A DNA stretch of 64,000 nucleotides from Dendrobates tinctorius (Eukaryota), in assembly GCF_039654945.1 (NCBI RefSeq), contig NW_027361679.1:105958001-106022000 (forward strand), in the 5' to 3' direction. The notes under the pieces are model-generated. The model searched no databases. It saw only the letters and a list, made by a program, of their open reading frames with translations, and was not told where the DNA came from. How positions within the stretch are numbered: position 1 is the stretch's first letter; each line of letters begins with the position of its first letter. Positions 37,033-55,562 of this stretch are shown piece after piece. A program made the position numbers and the translations under genes.

Positions 37033-37364
37033 GTCTATGTGCACACATTCAGGATTTGCAGCAGTAAAATTCTGCTATAAATCCTAACGTGTTGGCAGGA
37101 AAAATTGCATAAAACACATGCTTTTATCGTGTTTTTTTATGTGCGTTTTTGTTGCGTATTTTTCCCCACTCATTAGTACGGGATAAATACGCTGCCAAGT
37201 ATTTGACATTATTTTAATCTGCTGTTAATCTGCAAGGAAGAAAAAAAACAAGTACATGACACTTCAGAAATATCATTCACTTTGCTTTTATTGTAAAACG
37301 CTGCATATTTTCCACAAATTTGTGAGGGGAAAAGCAACAAAAACGCAATGTCTGCACATAGTCT
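37033..37364. mobile_element. Older Harbinger-type MITE (TGTGCACAC family)
   Basis: CTATGTGCACACATT...AATGTCTGCACATAG, preceded by TAA. Confidence 0.6.
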
Positions 37365-37502
37365 TTAAATAAATTGGGGGAGAGTAAGAGTGACTGATCA
37401 ATTTATTTATATTTATTGGGTGCCAGATACTATAGTAAATGGGGGGCACAGTGATGGCTGATCAGTTTATATTTTGATTGGCACGTGGCTAATATACATT
37501 AA

Positions 37503-37824
37503 GGGTATGTGCACACACTGCAGATTCACCTGCGGGTTTTTTCCTGCGGAACCGCAGGTAAAACTGCAGGTAAAGTGACCTGCGGTTTGGCCTGCGGTTT
37601 GACACCTGGACAATGGAATAGGTGGCAAACCGCAGCAGAATCCGCAGAAACAATTGACATGCTGCGGAAAAAAACCCGCAGCTTTTCCGCAGGTAAAAAA
37701 CCGCAGCGTGAGCACTGCAGTTTTTAAAACCCATAGGCTAACATGGTAAAGTACCATGTCTGCGGAAATGCTGCAGTTCTGCAGGGCCAAAACCGCAGCA
37801 AAACCGCAGCGTGTGCACATACCC
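37503..37824. mobile_element. Harbinger-type MITE
   Basis: GGGTATGTGCACAC...GTGTGCACATACCC, TAA TSD, TGCGG/CCGCA subterminal repeats. Confidence 0.9.
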
Positions 37825-40800
37825 TAATAGTGTAGTACATATTTAGACCCATGAAAGCGCTTACAGTGCAAAATGGCTGTAATCCTCCAACTACTCCACC
37901 TCTTCTCCCCTGCAGCTATGTGTTTATCTGCTCTTAAATAAAGAGCAAATGGCCAGTATGGTGAGTGCTGCCTTTTCTCTTCCCAGGACATTAGTACATA
38001 GTTGTAGTCAGGGGTACAGCATGGGAGACAAATGTGTGTACACAATATATGAGACCTTGTTATTTTCAGGGCTGCGGTGATGAGTGTGACAAGATGGGTT
38101 GTGGCTGGAAGATGTGGACATGAAGGTCTGACCATATGGAGAAGAAACAAGAAAAAATGGCTCTGATCAGACGAGACATCAGCAGTCATTGGATGTAATA
38201 ATTTATTCTTTACACTGTGTGGTTTGGAGTAATTCTGTTATTTGTAAAACAACCTCCCTTGGGCCACATTCTCGCATTCATGTGAAATGTCTGTGTGCGC
38301 AAATTTTTTTTATTGAACAGTACACAGACTCAGTTTCATGGGTCCATCCAAAACATCCATGAAAGTCACATATACCGAGAACGAGATCTGCGAAACTCAG
38401 AGCATGTCCTTTTCTGGTTTGCTTTTGAGGATCAGAATAACACACTCAATGGGGCTGTGTGCTGCCAAGAAAAAAAAAATCAGGCAGCACCCCGACACGT
38501 CACATGGGTACAGGAATATAGCCATATATATATAGTACAGTCTTAGTATATAATGTACTTTCTTAAATAGAGCGCCATCCCTTAGTATAGTGTTTGTTCT
38601 TGTTATACATTCCGCCATCCTTAATTCATTTCCTTTTTCTGGAAAACACCATCTCTTGTTACGCAAAATCCTCTCTATGGTGCCGTCCTCTAATACGTAG
38701 CATCCTCTGATCTGTGGAGTGCCATCCAATATTACATAGTATCTCTTGTCATCTGCAGCACCATCCCTTACACTGAGCATTCTCATTTTTGTTATTCACA
38801 GCTCCCCTTTGTTTGCCCTTAGTGTTCTCACCCACTGTGATGCCAATTACATAGGTCCCATAAGTATGATTCCTCAAGAATACCTCCACACAGTATAATG
38901 AATGACCACATGCAGAATATCCTCACATTCCTCCACAGTATGATGGCACCAAACTCCACAGAAAAGAAGGATACCCTACAGCTTCCCATATATTATGATA
39001 GTCACCAGAGCTCCCCACAAAGCACGATGGCCCCCAATAGCCCCCACACATGGTATGATGTCCACCACAGCCCCCAAACAGTAAGGGATCATTCACAACC
39101 CACAGTATGATATCAACATAGTATGATGTCCCCCACAACCTCTCATTCAGTACAAGGGCCACACATTGTATAAAGTCTACTAAAAGCCCCATACAGTATG
39201 TCTACCACAGCACTACACAGTGTATAATATTCCACACAGAGACTACAGTACACCAAATATATTGCCTATAAAAGCCCACCACACAATATGATGTCCATCA
39301 AAGCCCCCCACACATGCCATCTGCAGCCTCCTTCATAGCAGGATAGTCTCCACAACATCATTCTGCCACCCAATGTTCCCTGCGTGACACCAACCTCCAG
39401 TAGGCTGGAAGTAGCTGGTGTCCCTATTGGAAAAAGTGGCAGAGCATGTAGACAGTAGCTGATAAAATAGGGCACCAATTGAGAAGTTTTGTTTCTCACA
39501 TTGATATGGGAGAAGCAGTGATAAACAGTGATGGGCAAACCCCTGGCTGTTCAGGCCAGACGAATAGGTAAGAAAAAAAAGTTTTGCTTGGGTACCAGAA
39601 CAGTGCCCAAACTGGACCATATTAACATACATGGGGGGGCCTGAACATCTATTGTTTGCCACACTCATGTACACGACAGCGTGGCAAACACCGCCTCTGA
39701 TTGGCAGCAAGATCATTACTGCCTGTCAGAGCTGCGGTTTGCTGTTCCCACGCTGTCAGATGACAGTGTGCCCATAACTGGGACTACCACTTCCATCAAC
39801 CTACTCCTGCTGCTACTGATAACAGCAAGAGCAGGTGCCAGCTGATTGGAGTATAAGTATATATAAAAAAAAAGTGGGATCCCCTGTATTTTTGATAATC
39901 AGCCAGGCAAAACCAACAGGTGCAGGCTGCAATGCCCAGCTGTCAGCTTTACTACAACAGGTTATTAAGAACAGAGGTGTCCCCATGCGGTGTTTTTATT
40001 TTAAATTAATTTTTAAAATAATGCTGTGGGGGGTCTCTCCTATTTTAGACAAGCAGCCAAGCTAAAACTGTGGGCTGGAATTCTCAGGCTGGTAAGGGGC
40101 CATGGATATTGCCCTCTCACCCCCAGACAACATCCATGGCCCCTTAAAAGCCTGAGAATACCAGCCCCCAGCTGTCCACTTTACCTTGGCCAGTTTTAAA
40201 AATTGGGGATGGACAGATTGCTAGATTAAAAATGTGGGGATACCCCTTCTTGATAACCAGCCATGGTAAAGCTGACAGCTGTCAGTCAGTTTTGCTGTCC
40301 TGGTCATCAAAAACACAGGGGAGCCTGTGCTTTGTTTTTTTAATTTATTGCCGTTCGCAACGTACTACTATGAGACAATGCCTCTGTGACCAGAGGTAAA
40401 CCTTTTACTTCCAGTCACAGCTGCAGGTTTACGCTGTTATTGACAGTGTGGGTACCACAGCGCTCTGGACCAGCTATAATGATCTTACTGCTGATCAGAG
40501 TCGCCGGTCTCTCTTTTGTCATGCAGATGACAACACAAGAAACATCTGGTGTTTAGTGTACCAAACTTTAACAGTAACAGACTTCCTGCAGAAATCTGTT
40601 TTTGGGGTCCGTGCCTGAACAGTAGGCGTTCGGTACAGCCACTGAACTTTACACTGTGTGCAGAATTATTAGGCAAATGAGTATTTTGATCACATCATCC
40701 TTTTTATACATGTTGTCCTACTCCAAGCTGTATAGGCTTGAATGCCAACTGCCAATTATGTAAATCAGGTGATTTGCATCTCTGTAATGAGGAGGGGTGT

Positions 40801-40862
40801 GGTCTAATGAACCCTATATAAGGTGTGCTTAATTGTTCGGCAACTTCCTTTCCTTTGACAAA

Positions 40863-41877
40863 ATGGGTCAGAAGAGAGATTTGATGGACTCTGAAAAGTA
40901 AAAAATTGTGAGATGTCTTGCAGAGGGATGCAGCAGTCTTGAAATTGCCAAACTTTTGAAGTGTGATCACCGAACAATCAAGCGTTTCATGGCAAATATC
41001 CAACAGGGTCGCAAGAAGAGTGTTGGTAAAAAAAGACGCAAAATAACTGCCCATGAATTGAGGAAAATCAAGCGTGAAGCTGCCAAGATGCCATTTGCCA
41101 CCAGTTTTGCCATATTTCAGAGCTGCAACGTTACTGGAGTATCAAAAAGCTCAAGGTGTGCCTTACTCAGGGATATGGCCAAGCTAAGGAAGGCTGAAAA
41201 ACGACCACCTTTCAACAAGAAACACAAGATAAAATGTCAAGACTGGGCCAAGAAATATCTTAAGACTGATTTTTCTAAGGTTTTATGGACTGATGAAATG
41301 AGAGTAACTCTTGATGGGCCAGAAGGATGGGCCCGAGGCTGGATCAGTAAAGGGCAGAGAGCTCCACTCCGACTCAGACGCCAGCAAGGTGGAGGTGGGG
41401 TACTGGTATGGGCTGGTATCAAAGATGAACTTGTGGTACCTTTTCGGGTTGAGGATGGAGTGAAGCTCAAATCCCAGACCTACTGCCAGTTTCTGGAAGA
41501 CACCTTCTTCAAGCAGTGGTACAGGAAGAATTCGGCATTGTTCAAGAAAAACATGATTTTAATGCAGGACAATGCTCCATCACATGCATCCAAATACTCC
41601 ACAGCGTGGCTGGCCAATAAAGGTCTAAAAGAAGAAAAAAATAATGACATGGCCCCCTTGTTCACCTGATCTGAACCCCATAGAGAACCTGTGGTCCCTC
41701 AAAAAATGTGAGATCTACAGGGAGGGAAAACAGTACACCTCTTGGAACAGTGTCTGGGAGGCTGTGGTGGCTGCTGCACGCAATGTTGATCGTAAACAGA
41801 TCAAGCACCTGACAGAATCTATGGCTGGAAGGCTTTTGAGTGTCATCGTAAAGAAAGGTGGCTATATTGGTCACTGA
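40863..41877 (+). pseudogene. Tc1 DD34E transposase pseudogene
   Basis: MGQKRDL start, WTDE, QDNAPSH and SPDLNPIENLW motifs. Premature TAA at 40899 and a frameshift in the A-run near 41635-41641. Confidence 0.93.
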
Positions 41878-41995
41878 TTTTTTTTGTTTTTGAATGTCAG
41901 AAATGTTTATTTCTATATTTTGTGTTATATTGGTTTACCTGGTGAAAATAAACAAGTGAAATGGGTATATATTTGGCTTTTATTAAGTTGCCTAA

Positions 41996-42346
41996 GGGTG
42001 TGTGCACACGCTGCGGATTCTGCTGCGGTTCCGCAGCGGATTTGGCCCTGCGGATCCGCAGCAGTTTCTGCTACGGTGTACAGTACCATTATTCCCTATG
42101 GGAAATGGAAACCGCTGTGCAGATGCTGCGGAGTTTTCCACGCAGATTTTCTGCGGTTTCTAAACCGCAGAAAAGAATTGACATGTCAATTCTGAGGATT
42201 CCGCAGCGGTTTACCATCTCCTCCATTGTGGAGATGGTAAACCGCAGGATAATCCGCAGGTCTTTTAACCTGCGGATTTATTCTGCGGATTTTGAAAATC
42301 CGCGCGGATCAATCCGCAGCAGATTCCGCAGCGTGTGCACACAGCC
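41996..42346. mobile_element. Harbinger-type MITE nested in the right end of the Tc1
   Basis: GGGTGTGTGCACACGCTGCGG...CCGCAGCGTGTGCACACAGCC, TAA TSD. Confidence 0.92.
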
Positions 42347-42649
42347 TAATAATTCTGCACTGTAATAGTTACCTGCACAAACAGAGATCATCCTAAGATA
42401 GCCAAATCTAAAATAAAAACCCACTCCAACTTCCAAAAATATTAAGCTTTGATATCTGAGTCTTTTGGGTTGATTGAGAACATAGTTGTTATTCAATAAT
42501 AAAAAGAATCCTCTCAAATACAACTTGCCTAATAATTCTGCACACGGTGTACTGTTCAGGTTTGCTCATCTCTAGTGATAAGCATTACAAAAGATATGAA
42601 TCCACTGCCCCCCACACATCTCAAATTTGTGTAATAAGTGAAAACTTCA

Positions 42650-43165
42650 TAGTAGTATAAAAAATTTTATTTAATGAAAAACTAAATTGGTCAATACAAA
42701 TGCATACAAAAATACCCATGTACTCTGGCTTAAAAAGCAGACAGTGAATCAATTAACACAAGTTGCATATGAACCTTATCTGAATACAGTAACATAACAA
42801 AAGTGCAATAATAATAATGCCATAGCAGATTTCAGCCATGTGCCTTAGCATAAAAAGCTTTAATTTTTTTTTTTTACAAACTTAGGCATCGTTTGCATCC
42901 ACATTTTGCAGCAACAGTCTCCCAAATAAAGTTGCTGACCATGTGCTATAATCCAAGATCCCAGTTATGTCACTGGTGTCTGCTGGTTGCTTCCTTGTGA
43001 TGCATCCGGCGCTGAAGTGGCTTCTCTTTAACAGAAGCCATCATACAGATGTGTACAGTTCCCAAAACCAAAAAGGAATGGTTTCTTTCGAACTATGGGC
43101 CCATGCATACATCAAATGCATGAAGCAATGCAATTGTGTGGTATTTAATGTTACATGATTATAAT

Positions 43166-43223
<58 letters not shown>

Positions 43224-44740
43224 ACACAGAAATTCTCAGAAGAGTACAGTCAGCGATAAAGATCAAGTTTAAGGCACATTAGCACATAATGTTCAAGAAT
43301 TCACTTTAGATATACGACAGCATTTCCCATCCAATAATACTGTAAAAAGGGTCACATTTAAACAGTAACGTACATTTGTGCTTCACAGCAAAAAAATATC
43401 CCACTTCATTGACCTCACACCACCTTCTTTACAGAGTAAGAGCTCACTTTGGTGAATACAAGTCATAAGGCATTTGATGTTTTTTGGTGTTTATATATGA
43501 TATACAGCTCTGGCAAAAATTAAGAAACCACCACATCAAATCCCTGTCATGGCCAGCCCAATCTCCAGACCTGAACCCCACTGAAAACCTCTGGAATGTA
43601 ATCCAGAGGAAGATGGATAGTCACAAGCCATCAAACAAAGAACTGCTTACATTTTTGTACAAGGAATGGCATAAAGTCACCCAAAAGCAGTGTGAAAGAC
43701 TGGTGGAAAGCATGTCAAGACGCATGAAAGCTGTGATTACAAATCAGGGTTATTCCACAAAATATTGATTTCTAAACTCTTCCTGAGTTAAAACATTAAT
43801 ATTGTTGTTTCTAAATGATTATGAACTTGTTTTCTTAGCATTATTTGAGGTCTGCAAGCACTGCATTTTTTGGCTATTTTGACCATTTCTCATTTTTGGA
43901 AAATACAAAAATTTAGTACTTGGAAATTCGAAGAAATGTTGTCAGTAGATTATAGACTAAAAGCAATTTACATTTTACTCAAAAATATACCTATAAAGAG
44001 AAAAATCAGACAAACTGAACATTTTGCAGTGGTCTCTTAATTTTTGCCAGAGCTGTACATTGCCTTCACTGAGCACTTTTATGCAATTCTTCATCAAGAT
44101 GTCATTTCATAAAATGTCCATCAAATAAGGTTTCCTTGACATGCATGACTGAGGTAAGAGTCTAGCGCCATAATGGTTTGGCTGCATGAAATGGCTCAGT
44201 AGGTTCCTCTCCCTCTGACAACATATTTTGAGAAATCTTGGTATAATCAGATTGTCTCAGCCACAAAACAAAGATCATGTCTAGTTTATCACGTCCTGCA
44301 TAATATGGAATTTTCCCCTAGACAAGCAGTGTTAGTAGGGATTAATGTAGCAAAAGATAAAATAGTTTTAAGGTCTCAAATATAAGGCAACAGCTCTTTG
44401 GTACAAAACGTTAAAGCCACCCAATGTGCAGATGATTAGAATCTTACACCCCTGGCCTTCAGTGACCAGAGAATCACTAGTGGCTACTGGATAGTCTCTC
44501 CAATCGAGTCCCCTCCACGTTATTCATTTCCGGGACCCTCGCCATGTATGGACTGAGTTGGAAGCTCAGTTTAATGAGAGAGATCCTGAACTGCAGGAAG
44601 ACCGCCCCCACTCCTGAATTGGCCTTCAGTCTCATCACACTCCCAGATGCAATGAGCCATCCTTATGGAAGGAAGGGAGCACACTCATTTTTTGCAATAA
44701 TTTCTTCAAGTGAAATGTAGATACAATTCTGCACCATCCT
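42650..44740 (-). other. Probable ARRDC2 3' UTR, with a candidate AATAAA at 42671-42666
   Basis: Mostly unique AT-rich sequence after the stop codon. Plus-strand TTTATT at 42666-42671. The 3' end is not confirmed. Confidence 0.45.
43505..44055 (+). mobile_element. Internally deleted Tc1 element
   Basis: TA-CAGCTCTGGCAAAAATTAAGA...TCTTAATTTTTGCCAGAGCTG-TA. Keeps the transposase C-terminus WPAQSPDLNPTENLW...GYSTKY. Confidence 0.92.
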
Positions 44741-49775
<5,035 letters not shown>

Positions 49776-51307
49776 GATCAAAGGGGGTGTGGCTGAACGG
49801 GGCACACCCAACAGGAGGAGGGGCTACAGGTTGCCTTGTGCAAAACAAGCGAGCACACACACACACACACACACCCTGCCGTCAGCCTTGGTGCTGTCCT
49901 GGACCTGCAGCTTCAGCAGCCCTGCATGACCGGTCCAGCCTGTACCGTGTACACCGGGTACTGCAGGGAAAGGTCAGCCAGTGGCTGATGCCGGCTGCCC
50001 CACACACACGGTACTATGTGGCATCCGTGTGCCGCATCAGCGTGACACCTACCAGCGACTGAGAGAAGCGTGGTTCCCGGACACCCAGGCGACAATGATG
50101 AGCGATGGATTCAGCATCCGCTGTCTACATAGTGTGTAATATAAAGAATAATAAATGGGAAGAGGGAGGCTAAGTGCCAGATTCGCTCATCTTATCAATG
50201 CGCCATTTCTGTGGCAGCTGAGGGCTGACGTTCTTAGCGCGAGAGAGGGGGCCAATATCCCCTGACCCCTTACCAGGCTATTAATATTTATAAGGGGATA
50301 TATCATTTTTTACAGTTACTAATAGCTTGGGAACTAGATTAGTAACATCAGCCCCCAGCCGTGAGCTTTCCATCTGGTCATGAAAATTACATGGGAGCGC
50401 ACGCCATTTTTCTAAACATTTTATTTTTCACAGGAGGGACACAGTGGGTACTGAATGCAACTCCCATCATTGTCACCTGGTCCAGCTGAACTTAGGGAGA
50501 CCAGGCAACAATGATGCGAGCGGTCTTCAGCACCTGGAACCAGCACGAACTGTCCAGCTTTTTCCCAGTCACCGATACGTGTCACACTGATGACATACAG
50601 ATGTCGTCCGTGTGCGAGACATTTTGCGGTTCGTTCTGCTTATGATAGACATGTCAGCGTGTTTTGTGCATGGAAACGCACTGACATGTACAGGCTCATT
50701 CACTTGAATGGGTCTATGTGTGTAAGTGTCTCCGGTAGATGTGAAAACTGTCACCACACGTACCGGAGACACTGACTTGTGAAGGAGGCCTAATTCGGGT
50801 GTTTCCAAAATCCTTATTTCTATAAGAAATCCACTTGGCTGTTCATGGAAGTTTTTCAAGCTTTATTCCCCTTCTGGCTACCTTCCCACAATGAGCTTTT
50901 GGTGAGTTTTTCATGTTGCAGATTTGCCAAGTGTCCTTAGCGGAACCGGCCCGATTCTCTCGCATGAGAGAACATATGGCAGTGTAAGCGCACCCGTACA
51001 CTGTATTCTCCCTCACTGCAAGTACACTACAGTCTCGAACCACATTCAGCTTGTAGAATACAACTTTCATGACATTTCTATTTTACAGCCTAAGGCCAGG
51101 GTCACACCAGCATAGATTCTCTCTTCCATGAGAATCGGATTGATTATGTTATTGATCATGTTAATGACACTCTGATCAGAGTTTCACCCAAATGTCACCT
51201 TAGTGTGATCCCATACTCTCGGCTGACAGAATCGTAACACAGGTGTGGAGAACAAGATTTCTCCATTGTGAGTCTGCAGAAATCTGACTGCAGGCGTTTC
51301 TCTACAT

Positions 51308-51491
51308 CAGTGTTTCTCAACTCCAGTTCTCAAGACCCGGCAACAGGTCAAGTTTTCAGGATATCCTTAGTATTGGATGGGTGATAATTTCAAAAAGTTT
51401 TCAAGCATTAAGCCCATCACCTATGCAGTACTATGAAAATCCTGAAAACATGACCTGTTGGTGGGTCTTCAGGACTAGAGTTGAGAAACCC
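51308..51491. mobile_element. hAT (Charlie-like) MITE
   Basis: CAGTGTTTCTCAACTCCAGT...ACTAGAGTTGAGAAACCCT, palindromic. An older relative lies at about 2127-2298. Confidence 0.75.
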
Positions 51492-51763
51492 TCCTCTTTA
51501 TAGTTATTACTATATTGCTACCTGTTAGAACCTTATTAGACAGCCATGTGTTTAGAACGTCCAGACCTTGTGAAAAGTGGTTTTCTAGAAGGTTGGTGTC
51601 ACGGGTTTACGGCGACAGAGGAGCCAGAAGATCACAGCGTAAGATTTCTCCTACTTCTGTACTGTTTAGAAGCACTTCGCCTTCATATTAAACTGTGGTT
51701 TATTTTAGTGGTGCAGGGGTTAATCTGCTTTGTTGAGAGCTACCGGAAGCTTTCCTGCATTAA

Positions 51764-52248
51764 AGGGAATCTGTCACCTCAGTTTGGCGCAGTATTTAAA
51801 TGACTTGGGTCTGGTCTGATAGGCAGTGTTTCAAATCCTTTCCTCCACCCCATCTTGGCCACTGTCCACAATATTTCTGTGAAATTCCGTACATGGCCTC
51901 CATATTATGCGCATGTGCATGGCAATCTGGACTCGCGCATGCGCAGTATGCTTTGCCTAACTGCAGGTAAAGCTGAAAAGCATTAGTGCGCATGTGCCGG
52001 TGAACTATATCCCGGAACACAGCGAAATACTTCCGGGACATAGTTCACTGGCGCACTAATGCTTTTCGGCTTTGCCCAGTTGGGCAAAGCATACTGCGCG
52101 TGCGCGAGTCCAGATTGCAATGCGCATATGGAGGCCAAGTAGGGAAATTCACAGAAATATAGTGGCCAAGGAGGGGTGGAGGAAAGGACCCAAAACACTG
52201 CCCATCGGTCATTTAAATACCACGCCAAAAGGAGGTGACAGATTCCCT
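51764..52248. mobile_element. T2/Kolobok-type palindromic MITE
   Basis: TTAA-AGGGAATCTGTCACCTC...GAGGTGACAGATTCCCT-TTAA. Confidence 0.92.
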
Positions 52249-53189
52249 TTAAGGTTCTCAGCTGTTCACTGTATGCTACTCCCCTCTCCTATATATTCTG
52301 GGCCCTGGCAAGGACTCCTAGCCAGATATAGCTTCATGCTGCTTGGCTAGGAGATGGAAATAAACTCACAGGAAGCGATTAAATCTCAAAATGGCTGAGA
52401 ACATTTGTATTCATTATTGTACCCCCATACATGGGTGGTAAACTCTAAATTATACAGATAGATAAATATATAGACTTGCAGTTGTCCCAACCTTTTTGAG
52501 ATGTGCTGCTGCCATTAATTTCTAAATGTCATTTTTTTCCCAAACAAAATGGGAAAATCTCTAACTTTCGCCTTCTGATCTGTGTTCCACTGTGAATAAA
52601 ATATGGCTAGAATAGATTTCCTAATCAGTGCATTCGTGCTTTCTGCGCATTTTACAGAATCAACGTGGCTTGTACCATTGTAGCTATAAAAAGGTCACGT
52701 GTCATCTCTTCTGAAACCAGTTTTATTTAGTCTGTTAAGTTAGTCATAACCTTACCTGACATGAATGAGTTCTGGCTGCAGGCAGTATTTCCTTGAAATG
52801 CTATATATAGCCATACAGACAATGACACACTGCATTACAGTCTAATTGAAACTGTGCCAAATAATTCATAATAAAAGCTAATTGTTGTGTCATTAACTGG
52901 CTTTTTTACGAGGAAATCAAGAACTGTAAATCCTAATTTCTTTCTTAGCATTACATGGCCAGCAGTTCAGTCTTAACATTCTCAAAAGCTTTACGAAAAA
53001 AGCCGTATTCCCACCATAAAAACCAGTGCTCAACCAGCGTGAAATAGGTATCTCTAAGGGAAAAGCAAGTTACTATATAATTATTATGCAATACATTTTC
53101 AGTAAAGGGAACCTGTCAGCAGGATTGTGCACAGTAACCTACAGTGTCAGGTCGGTGCCTCATGGGCTCTGCCTATGTAACATTCAAGC

Positions 53190-54143
53190 AATATCTCCAC
53201 TCCATTCGCACTGTGCCTCAGATGTAGTTTTTGACCATATATGGGATACTGCTGTACTCAGGGGAAATTGCACAACAAATTTTGGTGTCCATTTTCTCCT
53301 GTTACCCTTGGGAAAATAAAAAAAAATTTGGGTCTAAAGTAAAATTTTTGTGAAAAAAAAGTTAAATGTTCATTTTATTCCTTCCACATTGCAATTTTTT
53401 TTGTGAAGCACCTGAAGGGTTAATAAACTTCTTGATTGTGGTTTTGAGCACCTTAGGTGGTGCAGTTTCTAGAATGGTGTCACTTTTTGCTATGTGAGGT
53501 GGTCCATAAAAGAATGGTTTTGTAAATTTTGTTGAAAAATGAGAAATCGCTGGTCAACTTTTGACCCTTCTAACAAAAATAAATTTTGCTTCCAAAATTG
53601 TGCTGATGTAAAGTAGACATGTGGGAAATGTTACTTATTAACTATTTTGTATCACATAACTCTCTGGAGTAAGGTAATAAAAATTAAGTTTGAAAATGGC
53701 AAAATCATCGCTGGCAGAGCAGGGGAAAATGATGAGAGCTGTCTTCAGCACCCGGCGCCAGGGAACAGCGCTTACTGTACTGCTGCTTCTCAGGCGCTGG
53801 GACACGTCACACAGATGACATCCCAGTGTGTCATCCGTGTGCAGGACTTTTTGCGACCTGTGCTGCCGGTAAAAAACAGACATGTCTACATGTGGGTCAC
53901 ACAGACATGTGCACATCAACGTAGATTTCAATGTGGCCACATGTGTCAGTATCTCAGGTACATGTGAAAACTGTCACCACATGTACCGGAGACACGGACT
54001 AGTGAAAAAGCCCTCAGAATCAGTGTGATATGTTGAAGCATTGCAGAGTTATTACTTCATAAAGTGACACTGGTCAGAATTGTAAAATTTGGCCTGGTCA
54101 GGAAGGTGAAAACAGGCATTGGGGGGGTGGGTGACGGAGTTAA
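53190..54143 (-). mobile_element. piggyBac-like fragment interrupted by a Harbinger-like remnant
   Basis: Similar to 48290-48600 in reverse. Ends GAG-TTAA near 54143. The stretch 53745-54012 resembles 50530-50790. Confidence 0.45.
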
Positions 54144-54405
54144 AGGGGTCTGCTGCATCCTGTTTGCACATAGTTTCTGTGACTTTAGCTGAAAAATACC
54201 ATTTTCCTTTTGATATGTTTATAATTTAATTTTCTAGGAATTATTTTAAAGTTCTTTTTATTTCTTTGGCTGTGCTTATGAAGAAACTACTGCATGTAGC
54301 AATTTGTTTCATATACAGCTCGGTCTGTGAAAAAAACACACATAGGAACAGCACAATAGAACACCACTGGTCAGAGTGCTGCCCATGTGTGTTAAGCCTG
54401 TGTAA

Positions 54406-54757
54406 GGGTGTGTGCACATGTTGCGGATTCTGCTGCGCATCCACAGTGGAATTGGCCCTACGGATCCGCAGCAGTTTCTGCTGCGTTGTACAGTACCCTT
54501 TTACTCTATGGGAAATGAAATCCGCAGTGCACACAGTGCAGAATTTTCCACGCGGATTTGCTGCGGTTTCAAATCCGCAGCATGTCAATTCTTTGTGCGG
54601 AATCCGCTGCGGTTTGGCACCTGCTCCAATGCGGGTGTCAAACCGCAGAAAATCTGAAATTAAACCGCAGCTCTTTTGACCTGTGGTTGTACCTGCGGAT
54701 TTAGACAAATCGGCGCGGAAAATTCCGCAGCAGAATCCGCAACGTGTGCACACACCC
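54406..54757. mobile_element. Harbinger-type MITE (same family as 41996-42346)
   Basis: GGGTGTGTGCACA...TGTGCACACACCC, TAA TSD. Confidence 0.92.
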
Positions 54758-54947
54758 TAATAAATCACTCAGGAATAATTGGTTAAACTCTAAAAACCAA
54801 AACAGACTGACGATTCTTGTACAGACTAGGTATTGAGACACCGCAGTCCCTAGTGTTGCCCGAAGGAACAGAAATACCCTAACTACAAACTAGGAGATGG
54901 CAATTCGGCCCTAAAACTGCCTAAATGGCTGTCAAGTTGCTTCACGT

Positions 54948-55562
54948 TCATCCTAAAGAACCAGAGGCCTGATTCCTGACCTTTCTCATAATCATCCTTA
55001 CCCCAAGAGGTGTGACCTTGCATACAGCCCCAGACCAAGGAAGATTGACAATCATCTTGTGTTTCTTCCATTTTCTAATAATTGTGCCAGTAGTTGTTGC
55101 CTTCTCACCAAGCTGCTTGCCTATGGTCCTGTAGCCCATCCCAGCCTTGTGCAGGTCTATAATTTTGTCCCTGGTGTCCTTAGGCAGCTCTTTGGTCTTG
55201 GCCATGTTGGAGAGGTTGGAGTGTGATTTAGTGTGTGGACAGCTGTCTTTTATACAGATAACAAGTTCAAACGGGTGCAATAAATACAGGTACTGATTGC
55301 AGAGTAGGAGGGATTCTTAAAAAAAAGGTCTGTGAGCCAGAATTCTTGCTGATTGGTAGGTGATCAAATACTTATTTCATGCAATAAAATGGAATTTAAT
55401 TATTTAAAAATCATACATGCAATGCAATTTTCTGGTTTTTATTTTTAGATTCTGTTTCTCACAGGTGAAGTGTAGCTACGATAAAAATTACAGATCTCTC
55501 CATTCTTTGTAGGTGGGAAAACTTGAAAAATCGGAAGTATCATATACTTATTTTCCCCACTG
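54948..55562 (-). mobile_element. 5' fragment of a Tc1-like element
   Basis: End CAGTGGGGAAAATAAGTAT. N-terminal transposase [33 protein letters not shown] from 55205. Confidence 0.88.

Larger units (their letters stand above)
40652..42549 (+). mobile_element. Full-length Tc1-like transposon (IR/DR type)
   Basis: TA-CACTGTGTGCAGAATTATTAGGCAA...TTGCCTAATAATTCTGCACACGGTG-TA. Confidence 0.95.
39526..42574. mobile_element. Non-autonomous hAT element hosting a Tc1
   Basis: TIR CAGTGATGGGCAAACC / GGTTTGCTCATCTCTA. 8-bp TSD GTGATAAA / GTGATAAG. Confidence 0.8.

Noticed and set aside
50843-51070. Alternative upstream first exon of ARRDC2
   Set aside because: No arrestin-N similarity and no convincing in-phase donor. 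An alternative exon elsewhere cannot be excluded.
54241-54753. Cys-rich ORFs (CTRCGFCCG) as metal-binding proteins; also 37467-37820 and 41961-42365
   Set aside because: These are translations of TGCGG/CCGCA repeats inside non-coding Harbinger MITEs.
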